Positions 15,895-23,961 of a stretch of 24,000 nt of DNA are shown in pieces. Each line of letters begins with the position of its first letter. The first letter of the stretch is position 1. A program made the translations under genes and the position numbers. The stretch covers positions 1-24,000 of the forward strand of contig WAQC01000142.1 of the NCBI GenBank assembly GCA_015520425.1, written 5' to 3'. The notes under the pieces were generated by a model that was given only the letters and a program-made list of their open reading frames with translations, was not told the DNA's origin and did not search any database. Source of the DNA: Candidatus Pelearchaeum sp. (GTDB lineage Archaea; Thermoproteota; Nitrososphaeria_A; Caldarchaeales; Caldarchaeaceae).

Positions 15895-16449
15895 ATGTCA
15901 GAGGCCTCTCAGAGGTTTGGGAGGCTTCGCGAATTAGAGCTTTTACGAAGAGATGCGGCGAAACAATTCTCCACACCAGCTAAGATACCTTTTCTCCCCT
16001 CACCTACACACATAGTTAGGCGTATGCTGGAGATAGCTGACGTTAGGCCTGGAGAGGTTGTATACGACCTGGGATGCGGAGATGCCCGTATGCTTATAGA
16101 GGCTGCGCGCCTCTTTGATGCGCGGGGTGTTGGGATAGAGCTCCAGCAAAGCCTAGTAACTAAGGCTAGGAGACGCGTGGATGAGCTTGAGCTTGGCGAG
16201 CGGATAAAGATAATGCAGGGCAATCTATTCCAAGCATCACTGAAGGATGCTGATGTTGTGGCGCTCTACCTAACACGCGACGCGCTAACTCGCCTACGGC
16301 CAATACTTGAGGCGGAGCTAAAACCTAATGCCCGCGTAGTAACTCATGACTTTAGAATACGTGGATGGAAGCCAATATACGTGGAGAAGATAGGCGACCA
16401 CAGAATATACCTATACAAACGCCCCATCAATATGATTGGAAAAGAATAA
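15895..16449 (+). CDS. Class I SAM-dependent methyltransferase resembling crenarchaeal protein-lysine methyltransferase aKMT
   Basis: Motif I is VVYDLGCGDARMLIEAA. The flanking IVRRMLEIA and LKPNARVVTHDFRIRGWKP match my recollection of Sulfolobus aKMT, but this was not verified by alignment. Confidence 0.65.
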   Translation: MSEASQRFGRLRELELLRRDAAKQFSTPAKIPFLPSPTHIVRRMLEIADVRPGEVVYDLGCGDARMLIEAARLFDARGVGIELQQSLVTKARRRVDELELGERIKIMQGNLFQASLKDADVVALYLTRDALTRLRPILEAELKPNARVVTHDFRIRGWKPIYVEKIGDHRIYLYKRPINMIGKE

Positions 16450-16504
16450 GGATTTCCTAGTTAGGATATATTAGTCGTCGGAAAGGGGAAGGAGAGAAAC
16501 AGGC

Positions 16505-17452
16505 TTGGAAGTCCTATGCGCTCACTGCGGAGCATATAGTAAGATTGAGCGTATCTTTTGTCTAAGATGTAGAAGAAGGATAATCCCACTAACGCCTTAC
16601 GACATAACAATCAATGACTTCATACATCCACAAGACCAAGAAAACTTAGAAGTGCTAAAGGGCTCTCCACTCCTGTCATTCGCCGTCAAACAGGCTGTAA
16701 TTAACCGCCAATCCAAGAAGATGCGCGAGTGGCTTAGACGAAACGCAATTAGGGTAAAGCCGCTCAGCAAGATTGATACACTCATCAGAAACTGCGGAGA
16801 GATACTAGCTATACATATGCTGCCAGAGACGTATATTATTCCATCTAAGGATGTTAATGCATTCACGTTTGGAAGCGATGATAACCCCACTATGGCATTA
16901 ACCTCCGCCATGTTGAAAGTTCTGAACGAGCAGGAACTGCGTGCAGTCATAGGCCATGAGCTCGCCCATATCAAGAGCAAGCACCTGATTTACCACACAT
17001 TAGCAGAATCCCTGGCGCGGGGTGCTGGTATGTTAGCGTCATTCATCGGCTCAGGCCTATTATCGCTAACCATAGAACTACCAATACGGATGCTCCTCCT
17101 AGCATGGCACCGCGAGTCAGAGATATCAGCAGACAGAGCAAGCCTCCTAGTCGTGAAAGACCCAACAATAATAGAGTCGCTCATGCGCAAACTGATGCAA
17201 CACAGCAGAGAATCTGAAGACCCGCTAGAAGAGGACGAGATTGATGAATATTTCAAAACACATCCAAACTATGGACGAAGAATCAAAGAAGTACGGAAAT
17301 TTTATAACAGTAGAAAATACAGCGAAGCGATGGCGAAGCTTGAGAAAAGACTGGAGATAGCCGCCGCCTTAGCTCCAGCATGTAAGTTTTGTGGCGAACC
17401 AAAACACTGGCTAGATATATTCTGTCAGAAATGTGGAAAAAGCCAGCTATAA
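16505..17452 (+). CDS. M48-family (HtpX-like) zinc metalloprotease flanked by N- and C-terminal zinc ribbons
   Basis: HELAHIKSKH (HExxH). N-terminal CAHCG..(10)..CLRC and C-terminal CKFCG..(10)..CQKC. TTG start. Confidence 0.7.
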   Translation: MEVLCAHCGAYSKIERIFCLRCRRRIIPLTPYDITINDFIHPQDQENLEVLKGSPLLSFAVKQAVINRQSKKMREWLRRNAIRVKPLSKIDTLIRNCGEILAIHMLPETYIIPSKDVNAFTFGSDDNPTMALTSAMLKVLNEQELRAVIGHELAHIKSKHLIYHTLAESLARGAGMLASFIGSGLLSLTIELPIRMLLLAWHRESEISADRASLLVVKDPTIIESLMRKLMQHSRESEDPLEEDEIDEYFKTHPNYGRRIKEVRKFYNSRKYSEAMAKLEKRLEIAAALAPACKFCGEPKHWLDIFCQKCGKSQL

Positions 17453-17471
17453 GGTTGTTTGATTAAAATAA

Positions 17472-17476
17472 TTTTT
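17472..17476 (+). terminator. T5 tract after the M48 protease gene
   Basis: The tract aataatttttgg lies 20 nt after the stop, in a convergent intergenic region. Confidence 0.3.
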
Positions 17477-17512
17477 GGAGGCGAGATAAGTTGATGAAAC
17501 TTCCTCTGGTGT

Positions 17513-17938
17513 TTATGGCGGGGTTATCTTGATGGCCTTCGTTGGGCAAGACGATTCGCATGCCATGCAGAAGATGCAGTCAGCCTCCCTGATGGGGTCT
17601 GACTTGTCTGTCCGATATTTATCGTAGAGCTCTCCCTCAAGGGGGTATAAGTCGTTCCCTGTTCCTGAATTGCCTGGGTTGAGAAGCCACTCAAACACGT
17701 TGACTGGGCAAACATCCATGCATATTCCATCAGCAACGCATGAATCAAAATCTACTGCTACGCGTGTGCCGTGTATTCCTAGTTTTGTTGGGTATGGGTT
17801 GCCGTTCGCGTCTAGCCTTTGTATTCCTTCAGCCCTTACCTCATGGTCGTGGTGCTTGCCTGTAACTGGGTATTCGTCTGGCTTATTTAGAAAGTCTGGG
17901 TCAATTCCTTTTGGTGTGTAATCAACCTGCCGAGCCAA
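17513..17938 (-). CDS. Zinc-containing di-cluster ferredoxin (Sulfolobus type)
   Basis: LGIHGTRVAVDFDSCVADGICMDVCPVNVFEW and DCIFCMACESSCP, plus a His-rich N-terminal extension (GKHHDHE) like the Zn-binding extension of Sulfolobus ferredoxin. TTG start. Confidence 0.85.
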   Translation of the reverse strand: MARQVDYTPKGIDPDFLNKPDEYPVTGKHHDHEVRAEGIQRLDANGNPYPTKLGIHGTRVAVDFDSCVADGICMDVCPVNVFEWLLNPGNSGTGNDLYPLEGELYDKYRTDKSDPIREADCIFCMACESSCPTKAIKITPP

Positions 17939-17967
17939 GCCTGCTCGTAGGATGGCTCAACGCCTCC

Positions 17968-17979
17968 ACTATATAAGTT
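17968..17979 (-). promoter_or_regulatory. TATA-like box for the ferredoxin gene
   Basis: The minus strand reads aacttatatagt, centred about 35 nt upstream of the TTG at 17938. Confidence 0.35.
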
Positions 17980-18022
17980 ACAAGCCGCTAAACCTGCCCA
18001 GTGATATAACGCTGTATTGCTA

Positions 18023-19438
18023 TTATGAGAGGCTTAATTTCCCAGGGTTCATTATGTTATTCGGGTCTAGGGCTCTCTTTATCTGACGGAGGGCTTCCAG
18101 GCCATCTATCCCATGCTCACGCTCCATATACTTGGAGAGTCTCACGCCTACACCGTGGCAATATTCCATAGAGCCGCCCATATTATGGCAGAGCGCCATG
18201 AGCTCATCAAATGCTTCCAGCATCTCGCGGGCAGCCTCCGCGAAGCTTGGCTCTGGAAGCTTGACCATAACCATGGAGAAGAGTTCGGGTTGCTTCCAGA
18301 TGGAGCGGTCAAGTATCTTTATTCCCCGCTTCGCTAGTATTGGTGCGCTCTTCTCCCTATACGCCAGAACCCTGCTGGCTGGTAGGTAGATGTGGATGAA
18401 GTCAAGTAGAACCTCACCCAGCCATTCAGGAAATGTATCCTCGCGTATTATGCGCTCATACCTATACATTGGCTCGTGCCTAGTCTCCCAATATTCAACA
18501 GCCCAGGAATCATCTTTACGCCTGCCTCCAAACTGCTCACAGATACGCGATACCCGCTCCGCTACTGCCTCAACATATTCAGAGAAGCCCTCAACCATCA
18601 GAAAGAGATTGGCAGGATAGCTCCCCATAGGGTCTACAGGGCCATCACCCTCCTCACCATAATCAACCACTGTAGGCACTGCTCGGCTTTCATACATCTT
18701 CATTATAGCGTTAAAACCATCTGCGAATGTTTCAAACTCGTATCCAAGTAGCTTCTGGCGCTCAGGCTGGGGAAATACACGAAGCGTAGCCTTGGTTATT
18801 ATTCCAAGAGTTCCCTCCGCGCCTATGAAGAGCTGCGTCAGGCTGGGGCCTGTTGAGCTATCCTCGGCTGGCCGCGTTTCTATTTTAGCGCCCGTTGGGA
18901 GTACTACCTCAAGGCCCAAGACTTGTCGCCTTATAGAGCCGTAGCCCGCGGCGGTGTAGCCCATGCCGTTGGTTGATATGCTACCACCAAGCGTTGCACG
19001 GGGCCTGCTCCACGGGTCGTGGCCCAGCATAAGGCCTTTCTCCCTTAAAGCGGCGTCAAGCTCGCCTAGGGTAATGCCAGCCTCAGCGGTAACAGTCCTA
19101 TCTCTCACATTTATCTCTAGTATCTTATTCATTCTACTTAGGTTGATAACTATAGAATTAGTGAGCGACGCGGCTCCTCCCATTAAGCCAGTGCCACCAC
19201 CATAGGGAACTATCGGAACCCTATGCGTATTTGCTAGTTTTACTATCTCCTCCACCTCTTCCGCCGAGTAAGGCTTCACAACAACTATACTACGACCGCG
19301 CGATGGGAGGGTAAACGGCCTGAAACGCAGTAAAGCGTCGCGCGAGTATATCTTAGTTTCCTCGCCTGAAGTTACTACATTATCCTCCCCTACAATACTC
19401 GTCAAATCCCTAATAACCTGGCTACTTAATGTGCTCAT
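18023..19438 (-). CDS. FAD-linked oxidase (GlcD / D-lactate dehydrogenase-like)
   Basis: PCMH-type FAD-binding region VVKPYSAEEVEEIVKLANTHRVPIVPYGGGTGLMGGA and C-terminal HGVG...LDPNNIMNPGKL. The ATG at 19438 is preferred over the TTG at 19468. Confidence 0.8.
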   Translation of the reverse strand: MSTLSSQVIRDLTSIVGEDNVVTSGEETKIYSRDALLRFRPFTLPSRGRSIVVVKPYSAEEVEEIVKLANTHRVPIVPYGGGTGLMGGAASLTNSIVINLSRMNKILEINVRDRTVTAEAGITLGELDAALREKGLMLGHDPWSRPRATLGGSISTNGMGYTAAGYGSIRRQVLGLEVVLPTGAKIETRPAEDSSTGPSLTQLFIGAEGTLGIITKATLRVFPQPERQKLLGYEFETFADGFNAIMKMYESRAVPTVVDYGEEGDGPVDPMGSYPANLFLMVEGFSEYVEAVAERVSRICEQFGGRRKDDSWAVEYWETRHEPMYRYERIIREDTFPEWLGEVLLDFIHIYLPASRVLAYREKSAPILAKRGIKILDRSIWKQPELFSMVMVKLPEPSFAEAAREMLEAFDELMALCHNMGGSMEYCHGVGVRLSKYMEREHGIDGLEALRQIKRALDPNNIMNPGKLSLS

Positions 19439-19486
19439 GCCCAGCGTCACCCGCGCTAAGCTAAACAAAAACCTAAATCCAAATAC

Positions 19487-19888
19487 CTACCTTATCCCCC
19501 AACTAACCTTCTTTAAGGGAGTCACCGCTATAAACGGCGCTTCACCCTCATCCCACGGGTCGCGCCTAACCCAAGCGAAACGTTCATAGAAGATTGAATA
19601 CACACGTTTAAACTCAGGCCCCCTGTCTAAGAGTGTTGCCTCTCCCTCAATTAGTATTCCGCGATTAGGCTTATAGACATCTATAACAAGCGCAACCTTG
19701 TTGTTCTTCTGTACGTTCCTCACTTTTCGCGACTCATAATCTACTCCTATGTAGAATCTCCCATCCAAGAACACGTAATTAACGGGAACTACGTGCGGAC
19801 GGCAGTCTGGATATACTGTGGCTAGCCTACATAGGTCAAGGCTTTGGATGAACTTTAGTTCTTTCTCTGTAAATTTCACAGCGCACAT
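19487..19888 (-). CDS. Pyridoxamine 5'-phosphate oxidase-family FMN-binding split-barrel protein
   Basis: 133 aa with LATVYPDCRPHVVPVNYVF.DGRFYI and KVALVID...GILIEGEA, the typical PPOX-family pattern. Confidence 0.7.
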   Translation of the reverse strand: MCAVKFTEKELKFIQSLDLCRLATVYPDCRPHVVPVNYVFLDGRFYIGVDYESRKVRNVQKNNKVALVIDVYKPNRGILIEGEATLLDRGPEFKRVYSIFYERFAWVRRDPWDEGEAPFIAVTPLKKVSWGIR

Positions 19889-19933
19889 ACTATTTCCCCA
19901 CTCATCGCGGCGTTAAAACATTATGCGGGAAAG

Positions 19934-20302
19934 ATGCCTGTGTATACGGTGAGAATAAGCGGCGCAAAATCGTTAATTAGCAGTAGCTGTCTAAATCTCT
20001 CTAGAGAAAGATTGGCCTGGGATATTATCATAATTGCTGCTGTATTTATAGTCACGACACTCATAGCCCTACTTTATACGCGGTATTTCATCAAGAAGAT
20101 GGGTAGAAATATACCGCCTCCACCGCCCCCGCCTCCTCCACCGCCACAACAAACTGTGATAGTCTCTGTGGAAGACCTAAGAAATCTCCCGCAACCTCCA
20201 AGCCCTAAACTAGGTGCTCAAGTCATGGAGCTTCGTGAGCGCGTCAGGAATATGGAGGAGAGAGTAAAGAAGATTTTGGAGGAGGTTGATGAGATTGCAT
20301 AA
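19934..20302 (+). CDS. Hypothetical single-pass membrane protein with an 11-residue polyproline tract and a C-terminal coiled-coil-like tail
   Basis: TM segment WDIIIIAAVFIVTTLIALLY, then P11 (20114-20146) encoded with all four Pro codons, then ELRERVRNMEERVKKILEEVDEIA. The start is uncertain. Confidence 0.5.
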   Translation: MPVYTVRISGAKSLISSSCLNLSRERLAWDIIIIAAVFIVTTLIALLYTRYFIKKMGRNIPPPPPPPPPPPQQTVIVSVEDLRNLPQPPSPKLGAQVMELRERVRNMEERVKKILEEVDEIA

Positions 20303-20996
20303 GAATAATGCAACTGTTCAAGAAGCGCGTCGCGCAGCCATAATGAGGGCGCTTGAGGAGATTAAAGATGGAATGGTATTAGGTCTGGGAAGCGGCACTA
20401 CCGTTGCGCAGCTAATAGAAGAGTTGGGTAAGATAGTTCGCGGAAAAGGGTTGAGAATCTCGGTAATCCCCAGCTCATACCAAAGCTACCATAAGGCGAT
20501 TGAGCAGGGACTAAAGATAACGTGGCTTGATGAGAATCCAAACCCAGACTTGGTGATAGACAGCTTTGACCAAGTAGATTCTTCTGGCAACGCTATCAAA
20601 GGAGGTGGGGCGGCACTCATGCGTGAAAAGATACTATGCGCAGCCTCGCGACGCGTTATACTCGTAGGTGATGAGAAGAAGCTTGTCGCAAATCTAAACA
20701 TGCCAGTACCTGTTGAGGTCCTCCCTTTTGCTAAAGAGTTCGTAATGCAGTATCTTCGTAAAATAGGCGGTAACCCAAAGCTAAGGGAAGGTACTGGAAA
20801 AGTGGGGCCAATAATAACTGATAACGGAAATATGTTAATAGACGTTAATTTTGGAGTGATTAATGACCCAGAAGGGTTAGACACCCGCTTACATCGCATA
20901 CCTGGTTTGTTGGAGACGGGTATATTCGTTGGGATGGCGCATCGCATAATAATAGGAAAATCTGATGGTAATGTCAGAGAGATTTTACAAAAATAA
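20289..20996 (+). CDS. rpiA: Ribose-5-phosphate isomerase A
   Basis: GLGSGTTVAQLI, KGGGAALMREK, TDNGNMLIDV and ETGIF. ATG at 20289 with GGAGGAGG upstream. Confidence 0.9.
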   Translation: MRLHKNNATVQEARRAAIMRALEEIKDGMVLGLGSGTTVAQLIEELGKIVRGKGLRISVIPSSYQSYHKAIEQGLKITWLDENPNPDLVIDSFDQVDSSGNAIKGGGAALMREKILCAASRRVILVGDEKKLVANLNMPVPVEVLPFAKEFVMQYLRKIGGNPKLREGTGKVGPIITDNGNMLIDVNFGVINDPEGLDTRLHRIPGLLETGIFVGMAHRIIIGKSDGNVREILQK

Positions 20997-21015
20997 TTTT
21001 AGGGAATTAAAGGTT

Positions 21016-21030
21016 CTTGTTTTTGGTTGT
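21016..21030 (+). terminator. T-rich tract after rpiA
   Basis: The tract cttgtttttggttgt includes a T5 run 24 nt after the stop. Confidence 0.35.
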
Positions 21031-21198
21031 TTAGAGCTTTGACAGCTCGCCAGATAGTATCTTATCTACGAGGGCGTTCCACTCCTCTTTCTTGAGGACG
21101 CAGAGGTTGCCCTCCTCACCTATCTGGACGCTGTCTTGCTCTACGACAACCATCGGGCAGCATCCGCCGCTACCGCATAGGAAGACTGTTTTGGCCAT
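21031..21198 (-). CDS. Small cysteine-rich protein (55 aa), absent from the ORF track
   Basis: ATG at 21198 to TAA at 21031-21033, giving MAKTVFLCGSGGCCPMVVVEQDSVQIGEEGNLCVLKKEEWNALVDKILSGELSKL. A GGTGA Shine-Dalgarno-like motif ends about 5 nt before the ATG. It fills an otherwise empty 290-bp gap. Confidence 0.55.
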   Translation of the reverse strand: MAKTVFLCGSGGCCPMVVVEQDSVQIGEEGNLCVLKKEEWNALVDKILSGELSKL

Positions 21199-21286
21199 CT
21201 ACTTCACCTGCCAAGATAAAGGGATTACGCGTATTAATAAGTTGTTTCGTTAAACTGTTAAAGAACGGCCCAAGGGTCCTTTTCTG

Positions 21287-21976
21287 CTAGGAGCGCAGAA
21301 TCCCCACCAATTCTTCAAAATCTCTAACTATACTGTCTGGTTTTTGGTCAAATTCATCAAATACTGATGACTGTCTATTTACCCAGACGGTCTTAAGGCC
21401 ATATGACTTGGAGCCTATAGCGTCAAATGGGGAGCCTGCGACATGCATAATCTCTTCTGGCCTAAGGCTCCATCTCCTCACGGCCTGCTCATATATTGCT
21501 GGGTGTGGCTTGTAGACGCCTACATTCTCGGCTGAGAAGATGGCGTCAAACCTAACGTCAAGACGCCTTACTAAGCTCTCTAGCATGTCGTTATCACCGT
21601 TAGAGAGGGGCGCAAGCATATACCCCATCTCACGAAGCCTACGCAACGCTGGGATGACATCAGGAAACGGCTTTAACTCATACCATGCCGAGATAAGCTC
21701 AGAGAAAGCATTGGATGAAAAGCTAATGGCAAATGCCTTAACAGTATACCGCAACGCTCTCTCAGTTATCTCGCGAAAGCTCATCCACCCCTTGCCAAGC
21801 ATCGTGTTTATTTGAGTGTAGGATAGTTGCTTGGTACGCCATACAGTCATGAAGCTCTCCACATTAACTGCAGCGCCAGATTCTCTTAGGATTGACTCAA
21901 CACGCGGAATAAGGCTGCCATGCCAGTCAAATAGTGTGCCAAACACGTCAAATGTTATTCCCTTAACTCCAGCCAT
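21287..21976 (-). CDS. HAD-superfamily hydrolase, type II haloacid dehalogenase-like
   Basis: Motif I ITFDVFGTLFDW, then LSNGD, VGVYKPHPAIY and VAGSPFDAIG. Confidence 0.75.
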   Translation of the reverse strand: MAGVKGITFDVFGTLFDWHGSLIPRVESILRESGAAVNVESFMTVWRTKQLSYTQINTMLGKGWMSFREITERALRYTVKAFAISFSSNAFSELISAWYELKPFPDVIPALRRLREMGYMLAPLSNGDNDMLESLVRRLDVRFDAIFSAENVGVYKPHPAIYEQAVRRWSLRPEEIMHVAGSPFDAIGSKSYGLKTVWVNRQSSVFDEFDQKPDSIVRDFEELVGILRS

Positions 21977-22003
21977 ACGATATTATAGAAAATCGTGAAG
22001 ATA

Positions 22004-22013
22004 GATAAAATAT
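22004..22013 (-). promoter_or_regulatory. TATA-like box for the HAD hydrolase gene
   Basis: The minus strand reads atattttatc, centred about 32 nt upstream of the ATG at 21976. Confidence 0.4.
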
Positions 22014-22017
22014 TCCT

Positions 22018-22569
22018 TTAATGTTGCTCTCTGCTTTTTTCGGACCCCCAGCCAGAGTACTCTGGCATATTACGGGCGTCTTCCATCTTCTCTTGATGAG
22101 CTCTTATCGCTTGTGAATGTTTATGGAATAGTAGCGCTCCTAAGAACCATAGGGAAGCCAGCGCTGTGGGTATAATGGCTGCGAATCCATGAATGGGTAT
22201 TGATGCAACCCCGTAAGCAGTCCCTGCAACACCCACAACCATCGCCGCCCACACTCCGCCTGTTGTTCCTAGAAATAGAAATAAGGCAAGCAACAAAAAT
22301 AAGATATAGGCGACTACCTCTGGAATGAGCGTGAATGATATCATGAGATTTATGAGCGTAGGCGATGATGGGGTGAGGAAACTGAAGAAAGTGTAGCCTA
22401 TGATGAGAAGTACCCCATATTCGCGGGCGGTAAAGATTTTTCGCCCCTCGCGAGGCGTCTCAACCAACGTAAGGGTGTATTCAGATTGACAGTTGGGGCA
22501 TACAGCTTTCCAAGCCTGTAAGTAATACTCAGCCCCACACTCGGAGCACACGAACCTATGCCTCTCCAT
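22018..22569 (-). CDS. Hypothetical membrane protein with N-terminal zinc ribbon
   Basis: CSECG..(12)..CPNC followed by about four hydrophobic helices. No recognisable family. Confidence 0.55.
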   Translation of the reverse strand: MERHRFVCSECGAEYYLQAWKAVCPNCQSEYTLTLVETPREGRKIFTAREYGVLLIIGYTFFSFLTPSSPTLINLMISFTLIPEVVAYILFLLLALFLFLGTTGGVWAAMVVGVAGTAYGVASIPIHGFAAIIPTALASLWFLGALLFHKHSQAIRAHQEKMEDARNMPEYSGWGSEKSREQH

Positions 22570-22626
22570 ATCAAGCCACCAGAGCCCAGCATGTCATAAT
22601 ATATGTTGCTTAGTTATTCAATCCAT

Positions 22627-22637
22627 TGTTTAAATAC
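22627..22637 (+). promoter_or_regulatory. TATA box for trxB
   Basis: The element tgtttaaatac is centred about 31 nt upstream of the ATG at 22663. Confidence 0.5.
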
Positions 22638-22662
22638 GCCTAAATGCATACCATTATCCAAT

Positions 22663-23625
22663 ATGAGTGAGTACGACGTTATAATCATAGGAAGCGGCCC
22701 TGCAGGCTACACTGCCGCAATATACACGTGCCGCGCAAATCTAAAGACCTTGATAATAGCTGGGATAGAGAGCGGCGGCCAGCTCATGCTCACACGCGAG
22801 GTTGAGAACTATCCTGGTTTCCCTGAGGGGGTGCTTGGGCCAGACCTGATGGAGCGTATGAGGCAGCAGGCAGAGAATATGGGCGCCGAAATAATCTACG
22901 AGGATGCCACTGCAGTGGATTTTAAAAGCTATCCATTGAAAGTGTTTGTGGAAGACAGGGAATATGTGGCTAAGGCTGTGATAATCGCAACAGGCGCCTC
23001 CCCCAAATGGCTTGGTCTAGAGTCTGAGAAACGCCTCTTAGGCAGGGGGGTCTCTAGCTGTGCTACCTGCGATGGACCATTATTCAAGGGAGCTAACAAT
23101 GTTGTGGTGGTCGGAGGCGGAGACGCTGCTATGGAATACGCCCTCTACCTCGCTAATCTAGTCAATAAAGTTACAGTAGTCCACCGCCGTGATAAGCTTC
23201 GCGCATCTAAAGTCATGCAAGAGAGAGCCTTCTCTAATCCTAAGATAGAGTTCATCTGGAATAGCGTGGTAAGCGATATACTGGGTGAAAACCGTGTTGA
23301 GGGTGTTAAGGTGAAGAATATACAGAATGGCGAGGAGAGTGTTATAAAATGCGAGGCTATCTTTATCGCCATAGGCCATAAACCAAATACTGACATATTC
23401 AAGGGACAGGTTGAACTGGATGAAATCGGATATGTAAAGCTACATAATGGTATGGAGACGAGTGTTAGAGGCGTATTTGCCGCTGGTGATGTCCATGACT
23501 ATAAGTATAGACAGGCCATTACCGCCGCTGGCTACGGATGTATGGCAGCTATGGAGGCTATCAGGTTTATTGAGGAGGGAATACCAGAAAAGCTAGCTGA
23601 GGCTCGCCAAGCACACACGGCATAA
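22663..23625 (+). CDS. trxB: Thioredoxin reductase
   Basis: IIIGSGPAGYTAA, redox-active CATC, VVGGGDAAMEYALYL, HRRDKLRAS and FAAGDV. The ATG at 22663 is preferred over the upstream start at 22603. Confidence 0.9.
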   Translation: MSEYDVIIIGSGPAGYTAAIYTCRANLKTLIIAGIESGGQLMLTREVENYPGFPEGVLGPDLMERMRQQAENMGAEIIYEDATAVDFKSYPLKVFVEDREYVAKAVIIATGASPKWLGLESEKRLLGRGVSSCATCDGPLFKGANNVVVVGGGDAAMEYALYLANLVNKVTVVHRRDKLRASKVMQERAFSNPKIEFIWNSVVSDILGENRVEGVKVKNIQNGEESVIKCEAIFIAIGHKPNTDIFKGQVELDEIGYVKLHNGMETSVRGVFAAGDVHDYKYRQAITAAGYGCMAAMEAIRFIEEGIPEKLAEARQAHTA

Positions 23626-23658
23626 GAATACCATAGGAAAGATACTCGGTGATGATAT

Positions 23659-23961
23659 GTGGTTAAGGTTATGTACCTACTAAAGAAGAAGCAAAACCTT
23701 AGCTTGGAAGACTTCAAAAATTACTGGCTCACAAAACATGTTCCTATAGTGCTTAAACTGCCGAATCTTCGCCGCTATGTAGTTAGCGTCAGCATTGATG
23801 AGCGCTCTGAATTCGCTGGGGTGGCTGAGCTCTGGTTTGAAAATCGCGAAGAGATGCGCGCAGCTCTAAAATCTGATGTAGGTAAGGAAATGGTTTCAGA
23901 TGCTTCCAACTTCGTGGAGAGCGCCATAATGCTCGTTGTGGAGGAGAATGTTATCCGCTAA
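23659..23961 (+). CDS. EthD-family (dimeric alpha/beta barrel) protein
   Basis: 100 aa beginning MVKVMYLLKKKQNLSLEDFKNYWLTKHVPIV, with GVAELWFENREEM, the typical EthD-domain pattern. GTG start. Confidence 0.6.
   Translation: MVKVMYLLKKKQNLSLEDFKNYWLTKHVPIVLKLPNLRRYVVSVSIDERSEFAGVAELWFENREEMRAALKSDVGKEMVSDASNFVESAIMLVVEENVIR

Noticed and set aside
15206-15976. Three minus-strand ORFs (15206..15706, 15637..15831, 15776..15976) covering the end of the permease gene and the intergenic region.
   Set aside because: The region 15669..15790 is a 5S rRNA gene with a clear terminal helix and conserved core. The ORFs are artefacts of reading through it and through antisense permease sequence.
23649-23720. 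A possible C/D-box sRNA, suggested by GTGATGA at 23649-23655 between trxB and the EthD gene.
   Set aside because: No CTGA D box or C'/D' pair lies at the expected 50-70 nt spacing. The motif overlaps the probable ribosome-binding and start region of the EthD gene. Other TGATGA occurrences (for example 17492) also lack partner boxes.
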